Shown here piece after piece: positions 18,398 to 27,867 of a stretch of DNA of 64,000 nt. The stretch spans positions 529-64,528 of the forward strand of contig JAJXWQ010000007.1 in the NCBI GenBank assembly GCA_021781555.1. Reading direction: 5' to 3'. A program made the position numbers and the translations under genes. This stretch comes from a bacterium. GTDB lineage: Bacteria > Cyanobacteriota > Sericytochromatia > S15B-MN24 > VGJW01. Positions within the stretch are counted from its first letter, which is position 1; the number at the start of each line of letters is the position of its first letter. A model generated the notes under the pieces. It did no database searches, had not been told where the DNA came from, and saw only the letters and a program-made list of their open reading frames with translations.

Positions 18398-19387
18398 CTA
18401 CGGCACCCGTAGTGACAGCAAACGCCTCACCACGAAATCCACGGACACCTCCTCGGCCTCGGCCTCGTACGTCAGCAGGACGCGGTGCCGCAAGACGTCC
18501 AGGGCGATGGCCTTGACGTCGTCAGGGAGCACGTACGCTCGCTTGCGCAAGAAGGCATGGGCCTTGGCGGCCTGGATGAGGTAGATGCTCGCCCGCGGCG
18601 AGGCCCCGTACGCGATGAGGGGGGCAAGATCCTCCATGCCGGCTTCCTTGGGCTGCCGCGTCGCGGCAACAAGATCCACCACGTAGCGCTTGATCTTGTC
18701 TGATACCAGGATGTCGGCCGCGAGGTTACGGGCCTCGAGAACCAGCTCCAGGGTACCGAGCTTGGCGAGCTGCACCTCCCGACGCACCGTCATACGATCG
18801 AGGATCTCGAGCTCCTCGCTCTTGCTGGGATAGGTCACCTTGACCTTGAACATGAAGCGATCGAGCTGGGCTTCGGGCAAAGAGTAGACCCCTTCGTTAT
18901 CCATGGGGTTCATCGTGGCCATCACCAGGAAGGGCTCGGGCAAGGCGAGGGTCTCGCCGCCGATGGTGACCTGCCGCTCCTGCATGGCCTCGAGGAGAGC
19001 GCTCTGGACCTTTGCCGGGGCACGGTTGACCTCGTCCGCCAGGACCAAATTGCCGAAGATCGGCCCCCTCTTGGTCTGGAAACGGCCCTTCTTCGCATCG
19101 AAGATGGAGGTGCCGAGGATGTCTGCCGGCAAGAGGTCGGGGGTGAACTGGATGCGGCTGAACTCGGCCTGCAGCACCTGGGCCAAGGTGCTGATCGAGA
19201 GGGTCTTGGCCAGGCCCGGGACGCCCTCGAGCAGGATATGGCCGTCCGCCAGCAAACCGATGAGCAGGCGATCGATCAGCGCCCCCTGGCCGACGATCAC
19301 GCGCTTGATCTCGGCGGTGATCTGACCGAAGCGCTCGGCAGCGGCCCGCACGCGTTCATTGGCCTCGAGGATGGTGTTGTCGATCAC
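18398..19387 (-). CDS. MoxR-family AAA+ ATPase
   Basis: Walker A GVPGLAKT, Walker B LLADEVNRA and the MoxR-specific C-terminus. Confidence 0.9.
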   Translation of the reverse strand: MIDNTILEANERVRAAAERFGQITAEIKRVIVGQGALIDRLLIGLLADGHILLEGVPGLAKTLSISTLAQVLQAEFSRIQFTPDLLPADILGTSIFDAKKGRFQTKRGPIFGNLVLADEVNRAPAKVQSALLEAMQERQVTIGGETLALPEPFLVMATMNPMDNEGVYSLPEAQLDRFMFKVKVTYPSKSEELEILDRMTVRREVQLAKLGTLELVLEARNLAADILVSDKIKRYVVDLVAATRQPKEAGMEDLAPLIAYGASPRASIYLIQAAKAHAFLRKRAYVLPDDVKAIALDVLRHRVLLTYEAEAEEVSVDFVVRRLLSLRVP

Positions 19388-19766
19388 GATCCGGAATCTT
19401 TCCTTGTTCGGCGCAGAACCGAGCGCGACTTGCGGGGCAAGGCCGGGGACCGCGCCATTTTACTAGAGATCGGCCCCTGCCAGCGTGTTACGCGCGGGGT
19501 CCCCTTGGCGAGCACCCGGCGATCCGTACCACGAACCTACGGAGTTTCCCCGCATGGCCAGGCGCTCGTACATGCTACGATCTCTTCATCGTCCTCCTGG
19601 TGAACCTCCAGCTGATCTTCGCAGTTTCATCGCAGCATCGGTCCTAGCAACGTCCCGCGCATTGTCTCCGATTCCACCAGGACGGTATCGGAAGGGCTCC
19701 GTCAGGGGCCCTTTCGCGTTAGGGGCCCGGATCGGTCCGGACGGCTCGTGCCGGCCCTGGTAACAT

Positions 19767-20567
19767 GTGCGGGTGCTCGACATCCTGAAGCCCGCGCTCC
19801 AAAACCTCCACGCCATGGCGACTGGTGCCATCGCCGCCCTGCCTCAGGTCCTGCTGGGTCTGCTGGTTTTCGGGATCTCCCTGCGGATCGCGCGCTGGGG
19901 TCGCCAGTGGACGCACCGGGCGATAGGACAGGCAGGCAAGCGCGAGGACGCCGCCCTGGTCGTAGGGCAGCTCGCCTACGGCGCGCTGATCGTCGGAGGG
20001 ACGGCCGCTGCCGCCGCCGTCATGGGCGTTGGCCTCGGCAGCGTCCTGGCAGGCATCGGCGTGTCGGGCATGGTCGTCGGGTTCGCCTTCAAGGACATTC
20101 TCGAGAATTATCTCGCCGGCATCCTGTTGATGCTGGCCCGGCCCTTCGTTACCGGTGACGACATCAAGACGGGCGACTACGAAGGCCGGGTTCTGGCAGT
20201 ATCCACGCGCAGCACGACCATCGATACCGGAGACGGTCAGCTGGTGGTCATCCCCAACGCCAGGATCTACTCGCAGGCCCTGATCAACCTCTCGGCACTT
20301 GGAATCCGCAGATCCATCCTGCCCCTCCACGTCGAGATCAGCCAGGATCTCGATGCGACGCGCAGTGCGATCGAGGCCATCGCGGGAGCGAACCCCCTGG
20401 TCCTTCACGATCCGGGTCCCGAGCTCCTGGCGACCGCCCTGGATGCCACCGGGGTCAATGTCGAACTGCGCTTCTGGTCCCGGGCGCAGGACGCCCAGGC
20501 CGCCAGGGGCCAGCTCGTGGAGGCGATCCGCCGGCAGCTCTTCGCGCCGGTCACGCCGCCGCGCTGA
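19767..20567 (+). CDS. MscS-family mechanosensitive channel
   Basis: GTG start. TM helices followed by the MscS beta domain (GDYEGRVLAVSTRSTTIDTGDGQLVVIPNARI). Confidence 0.8.
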   Translation: MRVLDILKPALQNLHAMATGAIAALPQVLLGLLVFGISLRIARWGRQWTHRAIGQAGKREDAALVVGQLAYGALIVGGTAAAAAVMGVGLGSVLAGIGVSGMVVGFAFKDILENYLAGILLMLARPFVTGDDIKTGDYEGRVLAVSTRSTTIDTGDGQLVVIPNARIYSQALINLSALGIRRSILPLHVEISQDLDATRSAIEAIAGANPLVLHDPGPELLATALDATGVNVELRFWSRAQDAQAARGQLVEAIRRQLFAPVTPPR

Positions 20568-20648
20568 GCGGCACGCCCCCCGGCCGGCCCGTAGCTTTTG
20601 CAGCGGGAACGAGTTCCTCTGCGCTGCGCAACCGGGACCCGTTTGGCA

Positions 20649-21419
20649 TCAGGACGGCAACAGCCGTTTGACCATTCCGTGCAGCGCCTCGTACTGCCTC
20701 AGCCCATCCTCGAGATGCTGCATGGCCCGGTCGGGTCGGAAGGCCTGGTTGGCCGAGAACAGCGGATCCGTCGCTGGATAACCGCCCTCGGTCCGACGCA
20801 TGCTGTAGACGTAGCGGCCGTGGTGCACGAGATGCAGATCGAAATCGCAATAGGTCTCGATCCCGCGGGACCTTGCCCGCTCCCCGAACGCCCAATCCTC
20901 CCCGAGGTGGATGGGCGTGCCCTCCGAGTCCTTGATGAGAATCGGGTTGAAAAATCCCATGTAAGTCTTCAAGAACTCGATGTAACGAAGGGACTCATCG
21001 GCGATATTCTCGAAAACCTCGCGCCGGATCAGCAAGAAACCGGTCGGCAGGTACCGAACCTTGGCCAGTCCGCGGGCCAGTGGCGGCTGATCCTTCTCGG
21101 CTGCGACAAGAAGCTCGAGGGGGAACATCTTGCGTGGATATGTCGCCCCGACGATCGCTTTGTCATGGCGATACAGACGATCGACGCCATCCGGCGGGAA
21201 AGAGAGGTCCGAATCGATCATCATGAGGCTGTCGCAGTCCGACTCTGCAAACAACGCCGCGAGCTTGTTCCGGGCTCGCGAAATCAGCGACTCCCCGGTC
21301 AAGATCTGCACGTCGAAGCGATGCCCCCCCGGATTCCGGCTCAGCATCGCGACGAGGCTCTCCACCGCAGGTACGTGGAAGCCCCCCCCGACGGGCAGAC
21401 CCAGCATGATCCTGGCCAT
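20649..21419 (-). CDS. GT-A fold (family-2-like) glycosyltransferase, paralog A (DxD intact: DSD)
   Basis: ISRARN...MIDSDLSF and GEDWAFGERARSRG motifs. Confidence 0.55.
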   Translation of the reverse strand: MARIMLGLPVGGGFHVPAVESLVAMLSRNPGGHRFDVQILTGESLISRARNKLAALFAESDCDSLMMIDSDLSFPPDGVDRLYRHDKAIVGATYPRKMFPLELLVAAEKDQPPLARGLAKVRYLPTGFLLIRREVFENIADESLRYIEFLKTYMGFFNPILIKDSEGTPIHLGEDWAFGERARSRGIETYCDFDLHLVHHGRYVYSMRRTEGGYPATDPLFSANQAFRPDRAMQHLEDGLRQYEALHGMVKRLLPS

Positions 21420-21421
21420 CG

Positions 21422-22258
21422 TCAGCGCACCCTCCGTTCGAGGTACTCCGCCATCGACCTGGCCGCGGCCTCCTTGAGGCTGACCTCGAGCATCTCCAGT
21501 TGATCCACGAAGGCGGCTACCGGAGGCGGAAGCTCGACGCCAGGGGGCCGCAGCGCGGCGGAGGGAAGCGCCATCAGTCGCTCGACGACCGGAAAGTACT
21601 CGTGGATCGGCACGGCGCCATCGGCAAGCGGATCCACCTGGTAGGCATACGACCCCGCGCGACCGATCGCCAGGTCGAAGTCGCAGGATACGGACAGGCC
21701 GCGATCGCGAGCCCGCTGACAGAAAGCCCGATCCTCACCGAGATGAACGGCCACGCCGTCCGTCACCACGACGGGGTCGAAGAAACCGGCGATCCGGCGC
21801 CCGAAATCCTCGCGGATGATCGCACTGCCGGCCATCGCCTCCAGGGCTTCACGACGGATCAGGATGAAACCAGCTGGAGCGAACTCGACCTGCAGCAGGC
21901 CCGCGAGCGTAGCTGGAGCATCGCCGGAAAGCCGCAGTCCCCTCTCGAAGGCATCCTCCCACGTGGGATAAGGCCCCACGACGATGGGGACCTCGTGCGC
22001 CAGGAGGCGATCGATCGCATCCGGATCGAAGGTCAACCCCGACTCGAGGATCATCAAGCCGGCGGCATCGGACCTGAGCAAGGCGTCGGCGAGAAAGTCG
22101 CGAGCCCGGCCCGGCGAAAGCCCGGGTGGGATCCGCTCGATCTCGAACTCATGTTTACCGGGATTGGCCTGGATGGCGGCGAGCAGGCTCGCCACCGTGC
22201 CGGGAAAGAGCGTGGCGTCCCCGCCGGACGCAAGAAGACCCAACAAGATTCGTGCCAC
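21422..22258 (-). CDS. GT-A fold glycosyltransferase paralog B (DxD replaced by ESG)
   Basis: Collinear with paralog A (GEDRAFCQRARDRG retained) but the DxD position reads LMILESGLTF. 3-bp gap to paralog A. Confidence 0.55.
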   Translation of the reverse strand: MARILLGLLASGGDATLFPGTVASLLAAIQANPGKHEFEIERIPPGLSPGRARDFLADALLRSDAAGLMILESGLTFDPDAIDRLLAHEVPIVVGPYPTWEDAFERGLRLSGDAPATLAGLLQVEFAPAGFILIRREALEAMAGSAIIREDFGRRIAGFFDPVVVTDGVAVHLGEDRAFCQRARDRGLSVSCDFDLAIGRAGSYAYQVDPLADGAVPIHEYFPVVERLMALPSAALRPPGVELPPPVAAFVDQLEMLEVSLKEAAARSMAEYLERRVR

Positions 22259-22423
22259 GCCCCATGCTATACCTGTTTCGCTCCGAACGGGCCCCTGTGC
22301 GCGTCCGCCTCGCCGCGCCAGCGGGCCCGCGCGATGAAGGCCGCGGCGACGAAGCGCTGCGGCCTTTGCGGTGATTCGGGAGCTTTCCCGAAAGGTGGAC
22401 CGATCGCTCGGACCGGTCGAAAC

Positions 22424-22648
22424 CTACTCCTTGTGGAAGGAGCGGACCGCCTGCGAGACGTCGTCCATCAACTTCTTGAGCATGTCGAGACGAGTCTCCA
22501 TGTCGAGCATGTAGGCCTGGAATTCATCCGGCGTGTAGCCGCCACTGCCGACGTTCGCGGCCTTGGTCTGGATGTCCTTCAGCAGGTTCTGCACACCCTG
22601 GGAGATGGTCTCCATCGTGCTTACGCCTTGGACATGAATCGAACCCAT
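22424..22648 (-). CDS. small helical hypothetical protein (74 aa)
   Basis: ATG preceded by AAAGGAAAGAACG. Helical, acidic. Sits between the regulator and the GT pair. Confidence 0.4.
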   Translation of the reverse strand: MGSIHVQGVSTMETISQGVQNLLKDIQTKAANVGSGGYTPDEFQAYMLDMETRLDMLKKLMDDVSQAVRSFHKE

Positions 22649-22696
22649 CGTTCTTTCCTTTCTTGACTGAACGCTCCCGACCCACCGCGGTCGCAC

Positions 22697-22811
22697 GTTC
22701 TCAACCTTCTGACACCGAACTTATCCACCAGGGAGGGGAGGTCTTGCAGGACTTAACCTAGAATAAAAGCTCCTCCGCAATGATTTAACTGCATCTCGAC
22801 AGCTAGCCAAC
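22697..22811 (-). promoter_or_regulatory. AT-rich intergenic segment (probable promoter of the small-protein/GT genes)
   Basis: Sharp local GC drop (..ctagaataaaagctcctccgcaatgatttaactgcatctcg..) in an otherwise GC-rich region. Confidence 0.3.
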
Positions 22812-25800
22812 TCACTTAAGCGACCCTCTAAGGATCTGCAGATGCAGCTCGATCGTCTCGGAATCCGGGCCGATGCCTATCTCCTGCTTCATGATACGCT
22901 CGACGAGCTTGAAGTGTTTGAGTGCGTCCTCCCGACGCCCCATCCGGCCCAGTGCCCGCATCTTGGCGCGATGCGCCTCCTGGGCGGTGCGATCGAGCTG
23001 GATCTGGCGATCGGCGAGGTCCAGGACGGCACCGTGCTGCCCGGCCGCTTCGAGCGCCTGGGAGAGCTCGAGGAAGACCCAGCTGGCGTCCCGCCGGAAC
23101 CGCTCCCGCTCGGCCTCCACCCAGGGTTCCTCGAACTCGACCAGGAACGGTCCGCCGTACAGATCCAGCGCCTGCCGCAGGTGGAGCTGACGCTCGGCGC
23201 CTTCGGATTGTCTGGCCTGTCCGACCTGGAAGGAGAAATCTGCGGTGTCGATCCGGTGCCGGAGAGCAAAGTTGAACCGATAGCGTCCGTCCTGGAAGAG
23301 GATGAATCGACTCGAGGCGTTGCGCTCGAGGCCCGGCTCGAGCGCGGCCCGGAGGCGGGCGATCAAGACATGGAGGGCGCTCGCCTTGGTATCGCCCGCA
23401 AAGAAGATCTCCACGAGTTCTTCCTTGCCCGAGCCATGGCGGCTGGTCAACAGATGCGCCAACAGGAGCTTGGCCTTGGCCGCACGCCAGGCGCTCTGAG
23501 CGACCTGCTTGCCGTCGACCTTGACGCGCATGCGCCCAAACAGCGAGCCCTCCAGGGCCAGGTCCGGAGCGCGAGCGGCGGCGATCCGGCCATCCTCGGA
23601 AGTCTCCAGCCAGCTGAACTGGTACTGGCGGGCCAGTTTGCGAGCGCTTTCCGCGGCTTCGCGGGCTCGCTCCGCCTTGCCCTGAGCGGACAGCAGGCGG
23701 GCCTGCAGGAAGCGTGCGCGGGTGAGGTCATAGCGAAGATCACGCCGATCGAGAACCGGAATGAGCTCGCCCAGCGCGGCGTCTGCGCCCTCGAGCGCCC
23801 CCTCCGACAGCGCGACGGCGATCTCCGCCAGGCTCTCGGCGGGTGGCGTGTCGGACAGGCGCCTGCCCCCCGCTGCAGCTGCCGCCCCCACGGCGCCGCC
23901 GGCCAGAGAGCTCGTCTGCGAGCGGCGGCGATCGCCCTCGTGATGCACGCGGAGGGATTGCCGGAAGCTGCGGGCCTCGTCGAGAAAGCCCCGCGCCTCC
24001 GCGGAATGCGCCTGGGCCAGGGCGAGCTCGGCGCGATCGATCTGGGCCATGGAGAAAAGAACCGGATCCGCGAGCTGGCCGGCCAGGGCCGCCGCCTCCG
24101 CCAGGAGCGTCTGGGCTTGCTGGAACTGGCCGGTGATACGGCCGATATGCCCGAGCGCTGCCAGCGCCTCGGTCTCGGCCAGGCCATCGCCGACCTGGCG
24201 AGCCTCGGCAACCGCCTGCTCGGCCAGTTCCCAGGCCGCGGTGGTCTCGCCGCGAGTCGCGCGGACCCTGGCCGCAGCGGCCCCCGCCTCCGCAGGGGGT
24301 ATGCGCCCGGCTCCACGCGCGGCCGCCCGGGCCTCGTCGAGGGCTGCCAGAGCCCGTTCGAACTGACCTCCCGTGGCCAGAACCCGGCCGAGGTGCGTAC
24401 TTACCCGCGCCAGCCCACCGGCATCGCCCACGCGCCGATACAGGCTCGCGGACTCGCCAAGGTACGTCGCGGCGGGGCCGAGATCGCCCTCGCGCAGATG
24501 ATGCAGGCCCAGCTGATCGTAGGCGAAGGCCTTGAGGCCGAGATCGTCCGCAGGAGCCATGTCGAGAGCCGCCTGCGCGGCCATTGCCCCCTTGCCCGCG
24601 GCCGCAGACAATGCGAGGGCCCACACGGCCGATCGCGCGTCCCCCACGGCCTTGGCGAGGATGCCGGCCCGGTCATAGCAGGCCTGCGCCTCGGCCATCT
24701 TCCCTGCGTGGCGGGCGATCTCTCCCTCGAGCAGCGCGACCCGGCAGGATCCCTCGCGCCACGAACCGGGGATCCGATCGAGCCAGCGCTGGACGCCCGC
24801 ACTGCGGCCCTGCCCGAGCATTCCGTCGGCCAGCTGGACGATCCGGGCCTCCGCCTCCGCCCAGGCGCCCGCCGCCAGCCAGTGGTCGACGGCGGCTTCG
24901 GGATCGTCCTTGACGATCGCCGACGCCACTCCCAGATGGAAGGCGCGCAAGCGCTCCGCTGGCCACGTACGAGCTGCGGCATCCTGGAGAGCGGCCTTGA
25001 ACAGCGGATGGAAGACATAGCCGTCCGGCCCCTTGGACAGCAAGAACCCCTGGGCGGCCAGGGCGTCGAGCTGCCCCAGGGCCTCGGGTGCCGTGAGCAA
25101 GGGAATGAGCGCCGCGGCCCCCCCGGGCAGGAGCGCGCAGGCCAGCAGGTCCTCCCTGGCATCGGCAGGAAGGTCATAGAGCACCTGATGGCTGATGTAC
25201 TCGTGGAGCGGCTCGTCGGCGTGGAGTGCGGCAACGTCCGCTCGCGCCCCCATGGAGACACCGGCGGGCCAGCCTGCGGTACGCTCGTGCAGCGCCGTGC
25301 CGATCGCCGGATCTCCGCCAGCCAACCGGACCAGACCGGCGGTCTGGTCCACCGAAAACCGCAACTGCTCGGGGCCGATCTCGAGGTCGGCCACCAGGTC
25401 GGGCCGGCCTCGGGCCGAGATCCACAACCGGCCGGGCCAGTACTCGACCAGGCGCTCGACCACCTCGGACGGCAAAACATCCGCTCCGTCGAGCACGACC
25501 AGAAGGTTCGCGCACAGCTCCGCGACCTCCTCGGTGAGCCGCGCCAGGACGGGCTCGGCGGCGAACTCTGGATCGGCGGAGGCGAGTTGCTCACCAGGCA
25601 GGGCCGAGAGGGACGGCAGCGCCTGTTCCACGCCGGCGACCAGGTGCGAGAGGAAAACGAAGGGAGAGGAGTCGGCGGACTCCAGCGACAACCAGACGCC
25701 TGCCGGCCCGCCCCGAAGCCCTGCAGCTGAAACCGATCGGGCAAACGCGTCGGCCAGCAGCAGGCTCTTGCCGTAGCCGGGCCCGCCCCACACCGTCGCG

Positions 25801-25916
25801 ATCCGAGCGTTCTCCAGCGCACCGACGGCGTCTTCCCGCCGCAGGTACGCCGCCGGGAGAGCCGGCGGCACGAACTTGCGCGAGAGGATCGGGACCAGGG
25901 CCACGCCCGATTTCAT
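22812..25916 (-). CDS. large STAND/AAA ATPase - TPR - C-terminal OmpR-type wHTH + BTAD (SARP-like) transcriptional regulator
   Basis: Walker A VWGGPGYGKSLL near the N-terminus, a long TPR-like helical middle and a C-terminal trans_reg_C-like segment (LLAHLLTSRHG...LHVLIARLRAAL...RYRFNF) followed by BTAD. Confidence 0.75.
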   Translation of the reverse strand: MKSGVALVPILSRKFVPPALPAAYLRREDAVGALENARIATVWGGPGYGKSLLLADAFARSVSAAGLRGGPAGVWLSLESADSSPFVFLSHLVAGVEQALPSLSALPGEQLASADPEFAAEPVLARLTEEVAELCANLLVVLDGADVLPSEVVERLVEYWPGRLWISARGRPDLVADLEIGPEQLRFSVDQTAGLVRLAGGDPAIGTALHERTAGWPAGVSMGARADVAALHADEPLHEYISHQVLYDLPADAREDLLACALLPGGAAALIPLLTAPEALGQLDALAAQGFLLSKGPDGYVFHPLFKAALQDAAARTWPAERLRAFHLGVASAIVKDDPEAAVDHWLAAGAWAEAEARIVQLADGMLGQGRSAGVQRWLDRIPGSWREGSCRVALLEGEIARHAGKMAEAQACYDRAGILAKAVGDARSAVWALALSAAAGKGAMAAQAALDMAPADDLGLKAFAYDQLGLHHLREGDLGPAATYLGESASLYRRVGDAGGLARVSTHLGRVLATGGQFERALAALDEARAAARGAGRIPPAEAGAAAARVRATRGETTAAWELAEQAVAEARQVGDGLAETEALAALGHIGRITGQFQQAQTLLAEAAALAGQLADPVLFSMAQIDRAELALAQAHSAEARGFLDEARSFRQSLRVHHEGDRRRSQTSSLAGGAVGAAAAAGGRRLSDTPPAESLAEIAVALSEGALEGADAALGELIPVLDRRDLRYDLTRARFLQARLLSAQGKAERAREAAESARKLARQYQFSWLETSEDGRIAAARAPDLALEGSLFGRMRVKVDGKQVAQSAWRAAKAKLLLAHLLTSRHGSGKEELVEIFFAGDTKASALHVLIARLRAALEPGLERNASSRFILFQDGRYRFNFALRHRIDTADFSFQVGQARQSEGAERQLHLRQALDLYGGPFLVEFEEPWVEAERERFRRDASWVFLELSQALEAAGQHGAVLDLADRQIQLDRTAQEAHRAKMRALGRMGRREDALKHFKLVERIMKQEIGIGPDSETIELHLQILRGSLK

Positions 25917-26246
25917 ACCCGGCGAAGAGCCTTTACTTCCTCTTAACAGCTTTTGAAAGCCCGATCATCCATCTATAGCGTGTGAGGTCGAGGAGCGCAG
26001 GCGGTTCAGCCGGCACCCTGAACCACCTGCGACCGACACCTCCTTCAACACGGTAAGAAACCAGCCGCGGGGCCAGCCGGCACCCTGACCCCGCGGCCGG
26101 TCCTCTTCCCGAAGACCCACCGGACGTAAAGTTTCCAGCGACCAGGTCCTGCTCTGTCGGCACCCAGAGAAGAGCCTGGCAACTGGGTGAGGGACCGAAC
26201 CGCGGCTTGGCCGGCACCCCAAGCCGAGGCTCGGAACCAGCAGAAG

Positions 26247-26272
26247 GGCCCCGGAGCGCAAACTCCGGGGCC
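26247..26272 (-). terminator. perfect 10-bp stem hairpin downstream of gltX
   Basis: ggccccggag cgcaaa ctccggggcc followed by ttgttg on the + strand and cuucug on the - strand. Lies between the gltX stop (26328) and the regulator start. Confidence 0.45.
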
Positions 26273-26327
26273 TTGTTGCACGGCAAAGCGACCGGCCCCC
26301 CCCCGCGGCGGGTCGGCGCGACGGCTC

Positions 26328-27782
26328 CTACGTCCGGGCGGGATCGGCCAGCGCCAGGATCGCCTCATCGAGCCGCGCCAGCGCTCGCTCCCGGCCCAGC
26401 CACTGCACCACCTCGAACATACCCGGCGAGACCGTAGAACCGGTGAGCGCCACGCGGACCGGCTGGATGACCGCCCCGAGCTTCACCCCGAACTCTGTCG
26501 CCAGCTGCCGGAATTGCGCCTCGATGGCATCGTGGCTCCAGTCTTCGAGCGCTCCGATGCGCACGGAGAGCGCAACCAGGATCGGCCGCTGGGCATCCGT
26601 GAGGAACTTGGCCCGGGCCTCGCCGTCCCACACGAGCGGGACGTCGAAATAAAAGCGCGCCTTGTCGGCCAGCTCGACCAGGGTGCGTGCCCGTTCGACC
26701 AGCGTGGACGCGATCCCTTCGAGTCGCTCCCCTGATTCGTCTGGACCGATCCAGCCCCGCTCCTCCCAGAGGGGGCGCACTCGCCGTGCCATCTCGGCGG
26801 GTCCGAGCCGGCGGATCCACTCCCCGTTCAGCCATTCGAGCTTGGCATAGTCGAAAACGCACGCGCTCTTGCCCACGCCGTCGAGGTCGAAAGCAGCCAC
26901 CAGCTCCTGGCGGCCAAAGATCTCCTCGTCGCCGTGAGCCCAACCCAGGCGGGCGATGTAGTTGACGAGAGCCTCGGGCAGGTAGCCGTCCGCGCGGAAT
27001 TGCTGGATGGAAACGGCCCCGTGGCGCTTGGACAGACGCTTCTTGTCGGGACCGAGGATCATGGGGATGTGTCCGAAGCGGGGAAGGCCAAGTCCGAGCG
27101 CCTCGTAGAGCAGGACCTGCTTGGGCGTGTTCGAGAGGTGATCGTCCCCGCGGATCACATGCGTGATGCCCATGGCCGCATCGTCGACGACGCATGCGAA
27201 GTTGTATGTCGGCACCCCATCGGCCTTGAGAATGATGAAATCGCCGATCTCCTTCCGCTCGAACCTGACCGAGCCGTGGATCAGGTCCTCGAGGTCGATC
27301 TCCCCGTCCTTCGGCGTGGCGAAGCGGATGGCATGGGGGCCCCCGGCCACCCGACGCTGGCGCTCGGCCGGGTCCAGCTCGGCGCAGCGGCAGTCGGTCC
27401 GGGCCGGTGTCTCGGGCTCGAGATCCTCGGTCGCCTCGACCTCGGCTCGCGGCGGGCAGAAGCACGGGTAGGCACGGCCGCTTGCAAGCAAGCGGTCCGC
27501 GGACTCGTGGTAGCTATCGAGGCGTTCCATCTGGTAATACGGGCCGTGAGGCCCCTCGATCCCCGGCCCTTCGTCCCACTCGAGCCCCAGCCAGGTCATC
27601 GCGTCGAGGATCGCATCGGTGTATGCCTGTGTGGACCGCTGGCGATCGGTGTCCTCGATGCGCAAGAGAAAGGCACCGCCGTGATGGCGCGCCAGGAGCC
27701 AGTTGAAGAGGGCGGTCCGGGCCCCGCCTACGTGCAAGAAACCGGTGGGAGAGGGCGCAAAGCGCAGGCGTACGGCGTTCAT
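26328..27782 (-). CDS. gltX: glutamate--tRNA ligase
   Basis: MNAVRLRFAPSPTGFLHVGGARTALFNWL (HIGH) and KLSKR (KMSKS). ORF trimmed to the ATG at 27782. Confidence 0.9.
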   Translation of the reverse strand: MNAVRLRFAPSPTGFLHVGGARTALFNWLLARHHGGAFLLRIEDTDRQRSTQAYTDAILDAMTWLGLEWDEGPGIEGPHGPYYQMERLDSYHESADRLLASGRAYPCFCPPRAEVEATEDLEPETPARTDCRCAELDPAERQRRVAGGPHAIRFATPKDGEIDLEDLIHGSVRFERKEIGDFIILKADGVPTYNFACVVDDAAMGITHVIRGDDHLSNTPKQVLLYEALGLGLPRFGHIPMILGPDKKRLSKRHGAVSIQQFRADGYLPEALVNYIARLGWAHGDEEIFGRQELVAAFDLDGVGKSACVFDYAKLEWLNGEWIRRLGPAEMARRVRPLWEERGWIGPDESGERLEGIASTLVERARTLVELADKARFYFDVPLVWDGEARAKFLTDAQRPILVALSVRIGALEDWSHDAIEAQFRQLATEFGVKLGAVIQPVRVALTGSTVSPGMFEVVQWLGRERALARLDEAILALADPART

Positions 27783-27867
27783 TTCCAGAATTCTACCAGC
27801 CTGGACGAACGCCGTTGGCCGGCATTGACGAGGCCAGACGGCCCATCGAGCGCTACGCTCGGCCGGT

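Noticed and set aside
19388-19766. Small ORFs and a hairpin-like ggggccctttcgcgttaggggccc in the MoxR/MscS intergenic region
   Set aside because: The repeat is direct, not inverted. The ORFs (for example 19485..19763) have Arg/Pro-rich non-coding-like translation.
22424-22648. Possible FlgM (anti-sigma-28) identity for the 74-aa protein
   Set aside because: Only a weak G-x-Y-x-x-D...A..ML resemblance to the FlgM C-terminal motif, and the motif is not C-terminal here. Left as hypothetical.
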